Source of the DNA: Anthoceros angustus
Taxonomy: Eukaryota; Plantae; Anthocerotophyta
Length of the DNA stretch: 64,000 nucleotides
Direction of reading: 5' to 3'
Assembly (NCBI GenBank): GCA_010909165.1
Contig: VJWM01000144.1
Coordinates: 248,001 to 312,000, forward strand
Shown here one piece after another: positions 25,738 through 39,900 of the stretch. The notes beneath the pieces are model-generated. The model worked only from the letters and a program-made list of their open reading frames with translations. It was not told where the DNA came from and made no database searches. Each line of letters starts with the position of its first letter. Within the stretch, counting starts at the first letter, position 1. Made by a program: the position numbers and the translations under genes.

Positions 25738-28700
25738 ATGGTAAAGATAGTGAGGACGGGAACGGGGTACTCCCACGGGAGGAAACCTCCGCCGCCACAC
25801 CGCCCACAAAGGGAAAAGGTAAGAAACACCCACCCCGAGTTCGAGTGTAGGCCGCCCAAATTTCACCTCGAGATTTGAGGCGCTCGAGCGCTACCGAGAT
25901 GAAGATGGAATGTACTTGGTACCGGGTGGCACTTTGAGCCCCGCCTTGGTTCGAGTGTGCGCGACGAATGAGAGTGACCAAGGCGACGCCGCCCGGAGGA
26001 TGCGACCAAGCCATCCCGGGATGTGGAAGGTACGCATTTCCGTGATACGATTTGATACCGGAAGCCCACAAGGGAGGGATCATTCAGCCGCCTCCAAGAA
26101 TCGATCCCGAGGAGGTTATGAGCATGTTCCTACGACCAAAGGAGGAAGTATGGTCGCAAGGCAATGGCTGGAGGATCTCTTGTTCAAGGAGCGGAAGTGG
26201 AATTTATTCGCCAAGATATGGCTGACTAATGGCGCGAGGAAGACGACTGGAAATTCCCATTTAATGATGATGTATGAGATGTCTGGAAGTTGGTGGATTG
26301 GGCCACCATTCTCAGTATGAACAAAGGTTGCGCATCAAACCATTTGGTGATGGAGGGAGCAAGAATCGCTTTGTCTCTACCTTCCTCGTACACCTATATC
26401 GAGGGAGGAGGTTCTTACCGACGAGTGGAAGAAGCCAAGATAGAAGCTACTCGTGAGGGTAGCGGAAGGAGAGCCATCGGGCCCTGGAGGATGAAGAGAC
26501 AGAGAGGCCCCGGGCAAGAGACCGCCACGCGAACCAACATGAGGCCTCGTGATCGTGAACCCAACAAGAGAAAGGGAAGAAGGCTAGAAGCACCTCCTAC
26601 GGAGGAAGGAGGAAAGGATACGAGACCACCTACCGAGGGTTGAGGATTGGAAGGCCGACAACACCTGGTAGGGAGTGAACCCCTACGAGGGACCTGTGGA
26701 GGACGGAGGACCTACGGTAGGAGCTTTACCTCCACCAAGAAGTAGTAACAAGACTTGAGGCAGTGACGGAGAAGAACGCCGAGGAACGCGTGACCTACGC
26801 ACCAACAGGAGGAGCGAGGAAGTGTTTGAGAATGCCCGCATCCTACAGAGAGGGTAGCTGAAGTGGAAGTGGGCGCAGGATCTATGGACGCCCTAGTGGA
26901 CCGTGTCGAGGTGACCGTTCGTGGAACTTGTGATACCACTCTGGGTGCAAACCATAAAGGCTCTTCCTCCGCACGATTCTCTTTGCCCTTCTCAACAAAA
27001 CCTTGGTTCTTTGCATGTGTAGACGTCCTCTTGAAGGTCACCATGCAAGAATGCCGTCTTGACATCCATCTGTACAAGTTCCATATCATTCGCAACCAAA
27101 GCAAGAACACATCGCAAAGTTGTCATTTTGACTCGGTGAGAAAATCTCATCAAAGTCAATGCCTGTTGCTTGAAACCCTTAGCAACCAATCGTGCCTTGT
27201 ACTTTGGTTTGCCATCAAGCGTATGACCTTCATCTTGTACACCCATTTGCAGTAGTGCCTTCTTATCCTAGGCAACAACCAACTCCCAAGTTTGGTTCTT
27301 ATGCGTAATTCATTTATTGCATGGCCTTCTCCCACTTCTTTGTTACTCATTGACATGGCCTCTTTGTAAGAAGAGGGTTCCCACAATCTGTCAACATGAC
27401 ATAATCCAGATGGATCATACAGCCGAGGTCGTGTAATCCCACGACCTCGAAGCACGAGCACCTCTATAGGAGCTTGTTCGACTCTTGGTTCATCTACCGG
27501 TGGAGGAATGTGCTCACGCATTACCACGGTTATCAACCCCCATGATGATCATGTCCATCTTCTTGGAAGATCACCCTTCGCACCTCCAGTTGGAGTAGGC
27601 TTCCTGCATCTTGTTCTCATTGAAGAACACGTCGTTAGTACGAACAACCTTTCTAGCTTGGATCCCACAAGCGGTATCCCATCTCACGAATCACCATAGC
27701 CAAGAAAAATACATTTCTTGGACTTAGGTGCCAACTTGTCCCGAAACTCTTTTGGAACATGGCAGTATGCCTCACAGCCAAACACTCGCAGATGCTTGTA
27801 GGATGGTTTCTTTCCAGACCATAGCTCCTCTGGAACCTGCTCATCAACAGCCTTATTAGGAGATCTAATAAGATGAACTGATGAACCGCCCAAAACCCAT
27901 TAGGCAATCCGAGTTTGACAACAAACTACGCATCCTCTCACGAATGGTTACATTCATCCGCTCACACCATTTTGTGGAGGAGTACTGATCAATTCTCTTT
28001 TGATTCCCTTGGAATCACAGAATGGGCTTTGAAACATACTCTCCACCATTATCGTCCTTAGACACTTCAATCGGTGGCGGGATTCTCTACAAGGGTGACA
28101 AATTTACGAAACACCGTCGAACTTCATCCTTTTTCCTCAAAGGATAAACCCACACCTTGAGAAAATCATCTATGAAAGTGACAAAATAGGAGGCACGCCT
28201 AATGATGCAAGGCATAGGTCCACATACATCACGTGAACCAACTCAAGAGGTTTACTCTACTTTTACCTCTTGTTCGATGTGATGATTTTGTCATTTCCCA
28301 TATAAAATGCTCACACATCGAGAGATCGGAGAAGTTAAACGAGGATATAACGAGCGAGATAAAACCTTCATTCCCTTCGAGACCTACGAAAGGAGCCGGA
28401 GGATGCCGAGAAGAAATTGAGAGGAGCTCAAAACCACCTCCGAGAAGCAACACTCGTGCTAGATCCGCCAAAGAGCGACAGATGACCACCAAGTTGGTGA
28501 ATGTGTGGAAATGATTGACGTCTTAGGACAGAGGCAAAATCAGCCAAGAGGGAGGAGTTGGAAGCCGCCAGAAGGAGGCGAAGGAAAGTTGGAAGCTACC
28601 TAGCAAGGGTAGGACACATCGAACGCAGCAAGGAGGAGGCAAGATTCACTAGCAAGGCCCCGGACCTTGAAGACGAAGGACCTCCTACGAAGAAGAAGTT

Positions 28701-29899
28701 GCCATGGAGCAACGGAAGGAGCATTACAAGGGAAAATACGCTTGGTGAAGGAACGACAAGGATGGGACAATGTGACTAAGGGTCACAAAGAGGAGCTTCA
28801 GACACGAGAGAACTTTTGGAGCAAAGAACGAAGAAGGCCGACGACCTTACCCACGCCTATGAAACGGAGGCAAGGAACGCGAAGGAAGTTTTGATGGCCC
28901 AACGATCTTTGGAGGGTCTTCGTGTCATTCGAGGGAGCAAAGAGCGATCGCCATATAGTGAAACGCATGGCGATGGAAGCCATGGAGAAAGATAAGGAGA
29001 TTGGGAGGCTTGCCCGGAGTTGGAGAGAGCGGTAGTGGAGAAAGAGGCCGCATTGGTAGGAGTGACAAATCAGGGTGGGACGAAAAGGCCATCCCACTAA
29101 GGGTCCGCATCATGGACGACAAAAGAAGGAGAGTGGTAGGGTGGCGACCTACTACAACAACCTCCTAGAAGCGATTGAGGAACGCCATGGAGGAAGACGA
29201 AGAAAGACCTCACCGCTCGACGCTGGGAATGGCACCGGAGGTCAAACTTTGAGTTGGTACAAGGAAAGCCAGTCTGGGCCGACATAGAGCGCGAGTCAAG
29301 AAGCACCTACGGGACGCCAGAGAACCTCCCGAGACGGTGGAGCTATGCCGGGAGGAAGAGACCGATGGTAGGATGGTATTTACCAAAGTTCCTACTGTAG
29401 GAACTGCTGAAGAGGAGGAGGTGACCCCAAGGAAGGGTACCTCCCAGAAACCCAGTGTGAGGGAAGGTACCCCATAGCAAGATCCGAAACAGAGGAGACG
29501 AACCGCCTACCAAGAAGACGAGAACAGAGGGGAGGAACCCATCGAGGATGAACGTAGGAGGAATGGAACCTCCTACCACAAAGGAAGACCTACCACCGAG
29601 GGGCCGTGAGGGCAAGTGCATAGTCCCGGAGAAGACTCGGAGGTGGGCAAGGCTAAGCGACCCATCAAGGGGAAGACATTGAAGCCGAGGCGAACAAAAA
29701 GCCGAACGAGGATGTGAGGACCTTTTCAAGAGGACGTTTTGTCCCAAGTGGTGCACACCTTGGGAAGTGTGAGTATTTAAGAGTGGCGGCAGAGATGACA
29801 GGATATTCGGTCAAGGTGAGCTGGATCGAGCCGAGAGGACGAACTGTGGCGACAAGAGTCCTATTGTTGGACTTGGCAAGTCGCCTAGCATTAAACTAG
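25738..29899 (+). pseudogene. Long accessory ORF inside the 5' LTR (frameshifted; interrupted by a copia fragment)
   Basis: ATG GTA AAG ATA GTG at 25738; coding-like pieces in successive frames match those in the 3' LTR copy. Confidence 0.6.
26920..28378 (-). pseudogene. Copia B integrase/RT fragment embedded in the gypsy 5' LTR
   Basis: YKARLVAKGF, VKMTTLRCVL, KLAPKSKKCIFLGYGDS; matches 45180-46700; absent from the 3' LTR. Confidence 0.9.
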
Positions 29900-29915
29900 C
29901 ACGAGTCGACTCACC

Positions 29916-29945
29916 TATAAAAGGGAGGGTGGAAGAATGAATAAA
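29916..29945 (+). promoter_or_regulatory. TATA box and AATAAA of the gypsy LTR (U3/R region)
   Basis: CTATAAAAGGG at 29916-29922 and AATAAA at 29940-29945; the same TATA occurs at 41989-41995. Confidence 0.7.
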
Positions 29946-30588
29946 CACCACCTTGCTTTGTCATGCATTCTTCGCCTCCGCGCATCCCTTTTGTGTGTGA
30001 CCGTCCGCCAAGCGACGAGAAGGCGAAGGTGGGTTCGTCGAGGCCCCTCGCGGTGGGTTCGCCAACGCAGCTCCTCCTCTCGTGAAAGATTGTTGTTGGA
30101 TGTGCTTTGCCACTGGTGGCCTCGGGATGGCGCCTACCACGCCAGTGTTCGTGCACGCAATCGCCCGAGAGAAATACCCATAGTCACCCCAGTGTGCCAA
30201 AAGGGAGGCGCGCAAACCGCGAACGCTAAGTAGAGTTAGATTTGGGGATCGAATGAAGTGAGTCTGTGGTGGTGTCCGTGAGCTATGTTTTTTGAGAATG
30301 GTGAAGAGGTTGGCTATGGGTGTGTCGTTGTAGAGTGAATTGATCCAGTTGGCAGGAGAGTGTTGAGGTGGAGGGAATCTCGAAGGCGTGGAGCCAGATA
30401 ACCCGACGCATAACACCGCTTGTTGCCCACATCGAGGACAAGTAGACCGGGCAATGAGAGAGTGAGAGAGTGAGAGGAACGACTGCAAACAATCCGAACC
30501 AAATCTCTTGGGATCGAACCTACGATTCAACGACTGGGATAAGTGTGGCCACCGAGGCGAGCTCGGTGACCGAGGCAAACCTACCACA

Positions 30589-30606
30589 TTTTTGGCGCTG
30601 TCGGGA
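30589..30606 (+). promoter_or_regulatory. Primer-binding site of the gypsy element
   Basis: TTTTTGGCGCTGTCGGGA directly after the LTR end; the TGGCGC start is typical of Athila/Tat-type PBS. Confidence 0.8.
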
Positions 30607-31129
30607 TTTGCTTGAGGATTGTGTGAGTGAATGATGATAGAGGGAGTAAACGGGACATTGCGAAGTCACATCCCCTTTCAACTCGTGCGAAAGGGCGCCG
30701 AAGGGATGAGTATCGACGCGGATAGAGGCAATCCCGAGAGGTTAGCCGAGCCATCGCGAGAGTGGAGAAGCGAACAGCGGTCAAGCGAAGCTCGCCTGAG
30801 GAAGAAAGTACGGTACAACGATCACCACCAGGTTGTCTCGATTGTTTTGCAGAGAAAGGTCCGACAGCGCCTACCCACGGACGGGAGCCGTGGTACTTTG
30901 GAACATCAAGAAGAGCGGAACCAGTAACGGAGGCCGAGCTCATTTCTTTGCGAACCCTTCGAGAGGTCACGACCGTGGAGTTAGTATCACCCACGAACGG
31001 TGTGAAGGACTCTGAGAGGGAAGTAGGGGTGGTCCTGCCGCTACCACCCGTCCGAACGCACTCGCATCCTCTTCCTAGACACTGACACCTTAGAAGATTT
31101 TTCGACTCGAGCCCGACGAAGAAACGCCT

Positions 31130-34100
31130 TGGATGAGATCATCTCCGGAGGGGAGTCAACGAGCGACACGCTGAATTTGTTACCGAGAGGGCTCGGGAGG
31201 CAGCCATACGGGCGGCGTTGATCGCAGACCAGCAGGGAGCAAAGGATTGGGACACTTACAATCGACAATATCTCGATCATTTGGCTCGACAGGCGGAAGT
31301 TGCGCGAACAGAAGGCGCGCGAGGCGCTGCGAGAGAAGAAGCAAGAATTGTGGGAGCTGAGCGAAGACACAATCAAGTCCACAACCCACGAGCAAGAGCT
31401 GCCCGAGTTTCTCACTTACTCAGGCAGGTGACGACCCGGTTCGCGACAGTACTGACACCTTTGCCCATAGCCATGAGCGGAGCGGGAGGAGCCAGTACCG
31501 GAGGAGCAAGCCCCCATCACCCGCACACAAGGCAGCCATATCCCAAATTTGGATCCAAGAAGGAGGACGACATCGATGCCGAAAGTTTTGTAAAACTTTT
31601 CAATCCATTTCGAGGGCTAACATCGAGGATTCCTCGATGATCGGCACGGATTTTTCCAGATCGAGGACCGCAACAACAATGGTATGCCGAAGTTCTCTAC
31701 CCCACCCACCGCTTGGCGTTTAGCTGATTTCCTTATTCGCTGGTTTGAGCCACACTACCCATGTGTTAACAAAACTGCACTCAAGCGAAGAAAGAATCCT
31801 TGCTCGATTATGTGGAACGGTTTTACGCTCGGAGAAGATACCTCAGAGTGGACAACACGGAGGAGAATCACAAGCGTATTCGGAAGAACAAGCGTTGGAT
31901 TGGTTCGTCTGTGGACTACCACGAAGATGGAGATTCACCGCAGGGCAATGATACCTTGAGGAAGGCATTCGAGCAGCCGGGAGGGAGGCCACCGGGAGGA
32001 GAAGACGGAAGAAAGCGAGTGGCAAGAGGAAGAAAGGAAGAGACATCGCCTTCAAGTTCGTCAAGAATCGACCAAGACACTCACCGGAACCATCATCATC
32101 AAGAGAATTCAACATCCGGACGGATGATAGCGAATCTAAGAAGCACATCATAAGCGAGTGAAAAAGACTTGGAACATTTGTCAAGAAGAAGGAGAGAGAC
32201 AAGAGAAACGCCACGAAGGTTTCGAGAGAAGGGAAAAGGGAACGAATGGAAGGTCGCCACCAAGACACCAATTTGGAAGACGTGATGAAACGGCCGCATG
32301 ACATCGAGATCAAATTAGTCAAGAATCGACCGACGCGACGATCTCCTTCCCTACCCGGCAGCAAGTCTTTGTAGCAATTGTCATCACCAGCCATACGCAT
32401 CGTGAATGCCGCTCAAGACACGATGGGTCAATGTGGAGTACGATCTAGACCCATACTATTCGTGAGAGGAGGTGTATCGATGCGTGCCGTGATGTGAGCT
32501 CGACCGCCTCAATCCATGAGAGCCACCTATCAACCCCAAGATCACCCAAAGGGATGAGGTATGGTCCAAGGCAAGCAATCGCGAATCAATGGCGACCGAA
32601 TCCTCTCAACGACCCCAGTGTACCGGCCATTGTTACAATCAGCGCCTGATCATTATGCGAATGCATGTCCGTAACCAAGGCGACAGATTGGGTACACCCT
32701 TCCGTCAGTCTGCAAGGCGCCAGTCATATAGCGGAGATGCAAGATGTACGGGGCCCAAGACCATTCTCGCTGCACAGGGTACGATTCGCTAACCGGGTGA
32801 CAGAGAGATTCCACCAAACCCAGACAGCTCACCCCAGACAGTGGAAGTAGAAGAGGCGAACGCTGGGGAGAGGAGCAAGAAGGCGAATGGTTGGAAGAGT
32901 GGAGTGGACTCGCATATCTCCGGAGAAGACGAGTTAGTCGCACGCCACTTGGCCAAGACGGAAGGAGGGACGACACCGACGACAAGGGAATGCTCGAAAT
33001 TGGAAGTTCGCGAGATGGGCGGAATCCGAGCGAAAGAAAAGAAGAATGCCAGAGGAAGCGACATCGAGAGATGAAGAAACGGCCAGCGAGACCGGGGCCA
33101 CTGAGGGAGGGCGGTCCAAAGGCTTCAAATTCGCACCTGACATCAGCCAGGAGGTGGCAGGCATGCTCGATGCCGAATTACGGAAACTCACTCAGCAGGC
33201 GAAGAAACATGCACCCCCAGAAACCATGGGTCCAGAGGGAGTGATGACAAAAGATGGAGGGTTACCAGTTCAAGAAGAAGTAACTGCGTCAGAGGAAAAG
33301 AAGACCCCTCTCACTGAGAAAGTCACCAGTTTTGCAGACTCCCTGTTGGATCAAGAATTCCTTGTGACATTTCGACAACTCTTGTCTGACAACCCCAAGT
33401 ATCGACGTATGATGCGAGAAGCGATGAAGGGACTCCGACGAAACCGTAAACGAATACGGATGTACGAGTTGTGGAACTCATGGATTTGGGAAAATGAAAT
33501 ATCGGTCAAGTGAACGGATGCTTGATAAGGCGGTACCATCGACTCGCTCAGGTTAACTGATGATGGAAGAAACGCCAGCAAACTAGGATACACCAAGTTC
33601 GAGGACACGCACCATTCTCTCGAATGATCGACGCGGCGATCACTGGGGTACTTCGCGATACCCACTAACATTGGAGGCATTGTTTTCCTTTGACCTATGT
33701 GGTCATGCGACCATCCGACCCGGGTATCAAGTGTTGATAGGGAGGCCATGGCTATACGCAAAAGCCGCTTGATTGGGGAAGAAGGAAAATTAATTTCAGA
33801 TCGCTCAAGGGCATGCCGCTGGCTCATGCCTGTGAGTGGAGCAAGGAAACCTATGAAGGGGAAACTAATCCTCACCGAGGAGTACACCTCCGAGGTTGGG
33901 GAGGAGACAGAGGGAGAGGAAAATTCTTCGATCGATGATCAAACGTATTGTCCTGTCAAGCTTGTTGACGGTTTCCAAGTCGAGATAGAAGAAGAATCGG
34001 AGTACAATGGAGAAGGGGACGGAGAACAGCATCCTTGGATAAAGAAAGCCGACAATGAAGATTTTCCGGATGAAGGAACGGGCGTCACTACAGGAAGTTG

Positions 34101-36948
34101 TCCGGACGGACCAGTGGATTCAGAAGCCTTAGAGGAAATGGAGCTGGTCCCTGGGAAGAAAGTCATGGTATGCAGGCATCTGCGAACAAAGAGAAGAAAC
34201 AACTCCATCAGCTGTTGTTGGAATACATAGATTGTTTCGCGTTCAAGGTAACCGACATGACCGGTATACCAGAGGAGTTGGGAGTGCACCGAATCGACTT
34301 GAAGGAAGGAGCGACTCGTGAGGATCAAGCAAGACGACTCAATCCAAAGTATTCTCTAGTGGTGAAGGAGCAATTGGATCGATTCGGAGGCGGGAGTAAT
34401 CTATCCTGACTCACAAGCGAATGGGTGGCACCGATTGTGATTGTGCCTAAGAAGCAACAGGGAAAGTTCGGTCTGTCAGATTTCGTGAAGTTGAATGAGG
34501 CAACTAAGAAAGACCATCACCCTTGCCGCTTATGGATAGTGTATTGGACACGGTCGCAGGCATGAGATGTACAGCTTAGACGGGTATTCGTGATACAATC
34601 GATCACTCGAGAAAGGAAGATCAGACAAAACAACGCTTACCATCGATTGGGGACGCATATGCCAAATTACCCTTTGGTCTTTGCAATGCCCCGCCACCTT
34701 TCGAGAGTAGTGAATACCATTTTCCGAGAGTACCGAGGAAATTCATGGAAGTATTTCGGATGACTTTTGTGTGTTTGGGAAGAGAAGTCGCACTTGGGAC
34801 ATCTTCGGTTATGTATGTAGAGAAACCAATTTGAAGTTGCACCCGAGCAAATGTTATTTCGAATGACAAGGAATCACTGCACATCGTGTTTCAAGCGAGG
34901 TTTGAGGTGGATAGGAAAAGGTCGAGTCATCAGTAGATGGATGCTCCGAAACGAAGGCAAGTTCGAGCCTTCATCGGCTTAGTGGGATACTACAGAGATT
35001 CATCATTGATTTTGCAAAGAAGGCGACCTCTCACGCAACCATCAAGAAAGATGTTCCTTTGATTGGACGGCCGAGCGGCTGTGAAGCGCTCCTAAGTTTG
35101 AAAAGAGCTTGGCGGGCAGTTGCAACCCCCAACCGGGAAGAACCTTTTCATGTCTTTGTGGATGTATCACATGCCATAGGGGCCATCCCGAGTCAACGTG
35201 ATGGAAAGAAGCATGATAGGCCGATCTTCTATGCGTGACGCCAACTTTCGGATGCGTAACGGAACTACTCCACGATCGAAAGAGAAGCTCTGGCATCATC
35301 TATTCCTCGCAAGAAATTTCGACTATCTCCGGCTTGCAAAGTTGTGTTCCATGTGGACCATTTCGCATCAAGTACTTGGTAAACAAACCCGATCTATCCG
35401 GACGAATCGCGATGGATATCAAGCACACAGGAGTTCGATTATGAGGTGGAAACAAGGGCTGGGAAGCAACATGTGAACGCTGACTTCATTTCCCGACTAC
35501 GAATGAAGGGAAGCGCCACCAGTCTGAACGATAAGTTCCCAGATGAGGAGTTGGTAGCCGTGGCCGAAAGCATGATCGAAAGACGGCAGGAGGCACTGCA
35601 GGAAGGACGGACTGAGGAAACGGCGGAGCGCGGGGACTCCTCCGGACATCGCGAGCGCATCGAGACCGGAGGGGACGCCACAGACCAAGGACTACGCAAC
35701 CCGCGACGTAAACCCCGTGACCGTAAGAAGAAGCGAGGGGCGGCGTGTCCACGACACTTCATCAACGCCGAGGTCGAGGTATTTAGAGCATGGGGAGTTG
35801 CCGGTGGATCTATCAAAGGAAGGAGTTGCGATTCATACATGTATGGCACCATATTGCATCGCAAGGGAGTATTGTACAAATTGGGAGTGATGAGGTGATT
35901 CAAGATGTTTGGAGGGGAATGAGAAAGCCATGGTGATAGAAGCCTTGCACACACGAGGAAGCAGGAGGACACTATTCCGCCACAATCACAACAAAGAAGA
36001 TTCTAACCGTGGTTTTGGTGGGATACAATGTATCGAGATGTATGGTTATTCATCGAGTTGTGATGCTTGTCACGAACGGGAGGCCCACGCCGACGACCCA
36101 AAGGGCCTCTAACGACATCCTACCACCGCACCTTTTGAAAATGGGGAATTGATTTTGTGGGACCTATTCGACCACCAATGGACCAAAGCGACAAGACATT
36201 CGTTGCGACAGACATCGCACAAAGATGGTCGAGGCGAAGGAAGGATGATGCGCCCACCGCCGCCAAGTTTTTGTTTGAACGGATTATCACAAGGTATGGA
36301 TGCCCACCGGAACTTGTTAGCGATCGAGGGACGATTTCCTCAAAGATAATCGAGTCTGTGATCGCTATTTCAACATTCGACATGTGAAGACTACGCCTTA
36401 CAACCCGAAAGCCAACGGACTCACGGAGAAGACAAATGGGTTACTATGCAACATTTTGACAAAGTGACGGCCTCATATGTATGATCGATACCAAGCTACA
36501 TTCCGTGCTATGGGCTTTCGTGGATCATGGAGAAGGTGACCACAAGAAGACATCAGATTATCTCGACATACAGATGTCACCCGTAATGCTAATTTGAGGT
36601 ACCAACGATAGAATTATGGAAGATGAGCGAATGACGGTGGAAGATAGTGAACAAGGAGTTGGAAGAATTTAAGGCATGAGGAAACTAGAGACGATGCCTT
36701 AGAGGAGACACAATGAGTACAGAACAGAGGAAGGAGAGGCACGATGGGAGGCTTCACTCGTGACTAGCGGAGACTTGGTGCTCCTTTACGATAGTAGGTA
36801 TTTAGATTTTCCGGAAGCTACGCCGAGATGGATGGGGCCTATGCGGGTTGTAATACTATGAAAATGGGTCGCAGCTTGGAAAGTTTATCGGGGAACTACT
36901 TCCTACCAGAGTGAATGGGTGGAAGATCAAGAAGTACTTTACACTGAG
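31130..36948 (+). pseudogene. Gypsy gag-pol (gag, protease, RT, RNase H, integrase), frameshifted
   Basis: YPKFGSKKEDDIDAESFVKLF; YQVLIGRPWL (33725); EWVAPIVIVPKK; PFGLCNAPATF; DDFCVF (34759); KQHVNADFISRL...KFPDEEL; FEKW-like GIDFVGPI; IITRYGCPPELVSDRG; YNPKANGLTEKTNG; VNGWKIKKY. No chromodomain. Confidence 0.93.
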
Positions 36949-36965
36949 GATGTTTTGGCGCAAAC

Positions 36966-36982
36966 AAATGGGGAGAGGAGCA
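36966..36982 (+). promoter_or_regulatory. Polypurine tract of the gypsy element
   Basis: AAATGGGGAGAGGAGCA immediately before the 3' LTR. Confidence 0.85.
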
Positions 36983-39900
36983 TGTGGAACTAAGAATTTT
37001 GGTCACCCAAGACGCGCGGGAGAGACCGACGCCAAGGATGAATAGTGGTTCGTGCAGTAGGTAGTAGGTAGGTCGATAGAAACAGGAAGATGGTAGGACG
37101 TCCGAGGGAGTTCGGACTTAATCGAATCGACTGTAGGAGGTCTGATCAGAAAGTATGGGTAGATAGAAGCATATATAGGCATGATAGGTTTAAAGTTCCT
37201 TGGACCATGGGGAGTAGGAATATTCGGGATAGGAAGTTCCTTGGCCTTCAATTATTTAGGTTCCGCATGGCTATATATGCCAAAAGGGCTAGTTAAGTTG
37301 TAGATGGAAAATGGCTACAGGAGTTTTGAACCGGACACGTGGCGCCTGTGAGGAGGAGCGCATTAAGGCGATTTGCATGTACCGCAAACTCGTTAGCTGT
37401 GGTTTTGAACGGGCGCCTTCAGCGAACCGCAGGCGGCCGAGGGAGTAAGTGAGTTGCGCTCAAGAAGGAAGCGGAGCGGGCGTCTTGCAAGGCAGTCAAG
37501 GAGCGAACGGCGCGAGGAGCGCGAGGCGGTCATCGGAGCGAGCTAGGTGAGCGAGGCGGAAGGAGTTTTGAGGGGGATCCGTGGCCGAGTGGAGGTGCTC
37601 GAGCGGAGGCGATTGTAGAGGCGCCGAGGGGTGAGCTGCGAAGGCTACCAGACAAAAGGCGAGCAAGGTGGAGAAGTTGCTGGAGGGGAGATTGAAGGGG
37701 CCAAGGCCACCTCTTAGTGGTTGCGCGGAGGCGATCTGCCGAGGAGCGCGGGAAGAACTCCCTTGCCGCTGTCTCACCCAAACCACCACCTCTTTGCTCT
37801 CCACTCTCTTAGCCCGATAGATTACTCCAATCTCTCCAATTTTGCTATCCTTGTGTGTGCTCCCTGCGGATGGTAAAGATAGTGAGGACGGAACGGGGTA
37901 CTCCCACGGGAGGAAACCTCCGCCACACCGCCCACAAAGGGAAAAGGTAAGAAACACCCAATTCCCCGAGTTCGAGTGTAGGCCGCCCAAATTTCACCTC
38001 GAGATTTGAGGCGCTCGAGCCACGCGCCCGAGATGAAGATGGAATGGCTGTACTTGGTACCGGGTGGCACTTTGCAGCCCCGCCTTGGTCTGTGGAGTGT
38101 GCGCGACGAATGAGAGTGACCAAGGCGACGCCTGAGGATGCGACGGTCAAGTCATCCCGGGATGTGGAAGGTACGGCATTTCCGTGGATACGATTTGATA
38201 CCGGAAGCCCACAAGGGAGGGATCATTCCGCAGCCTTCTCCAAGAATCGATCCCGAGGAGGTTATGAGTATGTTCCTACGACCAAAGGAGGAAGTATGGT
38301 CGCAAGGCAATCGGAGGATCTCTTTGTTCAAGGAGCGGAAGTGGAATTTATTCGCCAAGATATGGCCGACTAATGCGCGCAGGAAGACGACTGGAAATTC
38401 CCATTTAATGATGATGTATGAGATGTCCTGTGGAAGTTGGTGGATTGGGCCACCATTCTCAGTATGAACAAAGGTTGCGCACCGAAACCATTTGGTGATG
38501 GAGGGAGCAAGAATCGCTTTGTCTCTACCTTCCTCGACACCTATATCGAGGGAGGAGGTTCTTACACCGACGATGGAAGAAGCCAAGATAGAAGCTACTC
38601 CGGTGAGGGTAGCGGAAGGAGAGCCATCGGCCCCTGTGAGGATGAAGAGACAGAGAGGCCCCGGCAAGAGACCGCCACGCCCGCGAACCAACATGAGGCC
38701 TCGTGATCGTGAACCCAACAAGAGAAAGGGAAGAAGGCCATAGAAGCACCTCCTACGGAGGAAGGAGGAAAGGATACGAGACCACCTACCGAGGGTTGAG
38801 GATTGGAAGGCCGACAACACCTGGTAGGAGTGAACCTCTACGGTAGGGACCTGTGGAGGACGGAGGACCTACGGTAGGAGCTTTACCTCCCACCAAGAAG
38901 TAGTAACAAGACTTGAGTGTGACTGAGAAGAACGCCGAGAACGCAGGTGACCTACGCACCAACAGGAGGAGCAGAGGGAAGTGTTTGAGAACCGGCATCC
39001 TGAGGGTAGTTGAGTCAAGGAAGTGGGCGCAGGATCTATGGACGCCCTAGTGGACCGTGGAGGAGGTGACCAAGTTCGTGAACTCGAGACCTACGAAAGG
39101 AGCCGGAGGATGCCGAGAAGAAATTGAGAGGAGCTCAAAACCACCTCCGAGAAGCAACACTGTGCTAGATCCGCCAAAGAGCGACAGGATGACCACCAAG
39201 TTGGTGAATGTGGGAAATGATTGACTCTTAGGACAGAGGCAAAATCAGCCAAGAGGGAGGAGTTGGAAGCCGGAAGGAGGCGTATGAAAGTTGGAAGCTA
39301 CCCTAGCAAGGGTAGGACACATCGAACGCAGCAAGGAGGAGGCAAGATTCATACTAGCAAGGCCCCGGGACCTTGAAGACGAGAAGGACCTCCTACGAAG
39401 AAGTTAGTTGCCATGGAGCAACGGAAGGAGCATTACAAGGGAAAATACGCCTTGGTCAGGAGTGCGACCAAGGCGACGGCCGCCTTCCTGAGGATGCGAC
39501 AATCAAGCCATCCCGGGATGTGGAAGGTACGGATACATTTGATACCGGAAGCCCACAAGGGAGGGATCATTCCGCAGCTCAGCCTCCAAGAATCGATCCC
39601 GAGGAGGTTATGAGCATGTTCCTACGACCAAAGGAGGAAGTATGGTCGCAAGGCAATGGCCGGAGGATCTCTTTGTTCAAGGAGCGGAAGTGGAATTTAT
39701 TCGCCAAGATATGGCTGGGACTAACGTGCGCGGCGAGGAAGACGTACCTGGGAAATTCCCATTTAATGATGATGTATGAGATGTCTCAGGGGAAGTTGGT
39801 GGATTGGGCCACCATTCTGTATGAACAGGCGGTTGCGCACCGAAACCATTTGGTGATGGAGGGAGCAAGAATCAGTTTTGTCTCTACCTTCCTCGTACAC

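Larger units (their letters stand above)
24801..30588 (+). repeat. 5' LTR of the gypsy element (~4.3 kb after removing two foreign inserts)
   Basis: Colinear with 36983-42685; ends CTACCACA directly before the PBS. Confidence 0.88.

Noticed and set aside
36700-36982. Chromodomain or env gene after the gypsy integrase
   Set aside because: The integrase ends at VNGWKIKKY only ~20 bp before the PPT, leaving no room.
38152-38820. 222-aa minus-strand ORF in the gypsy LTR
   Set aside because: It is the antisense shadow of the purine-rich plus-strand LTR ORF and is not conserved as an open frame in the other copies.
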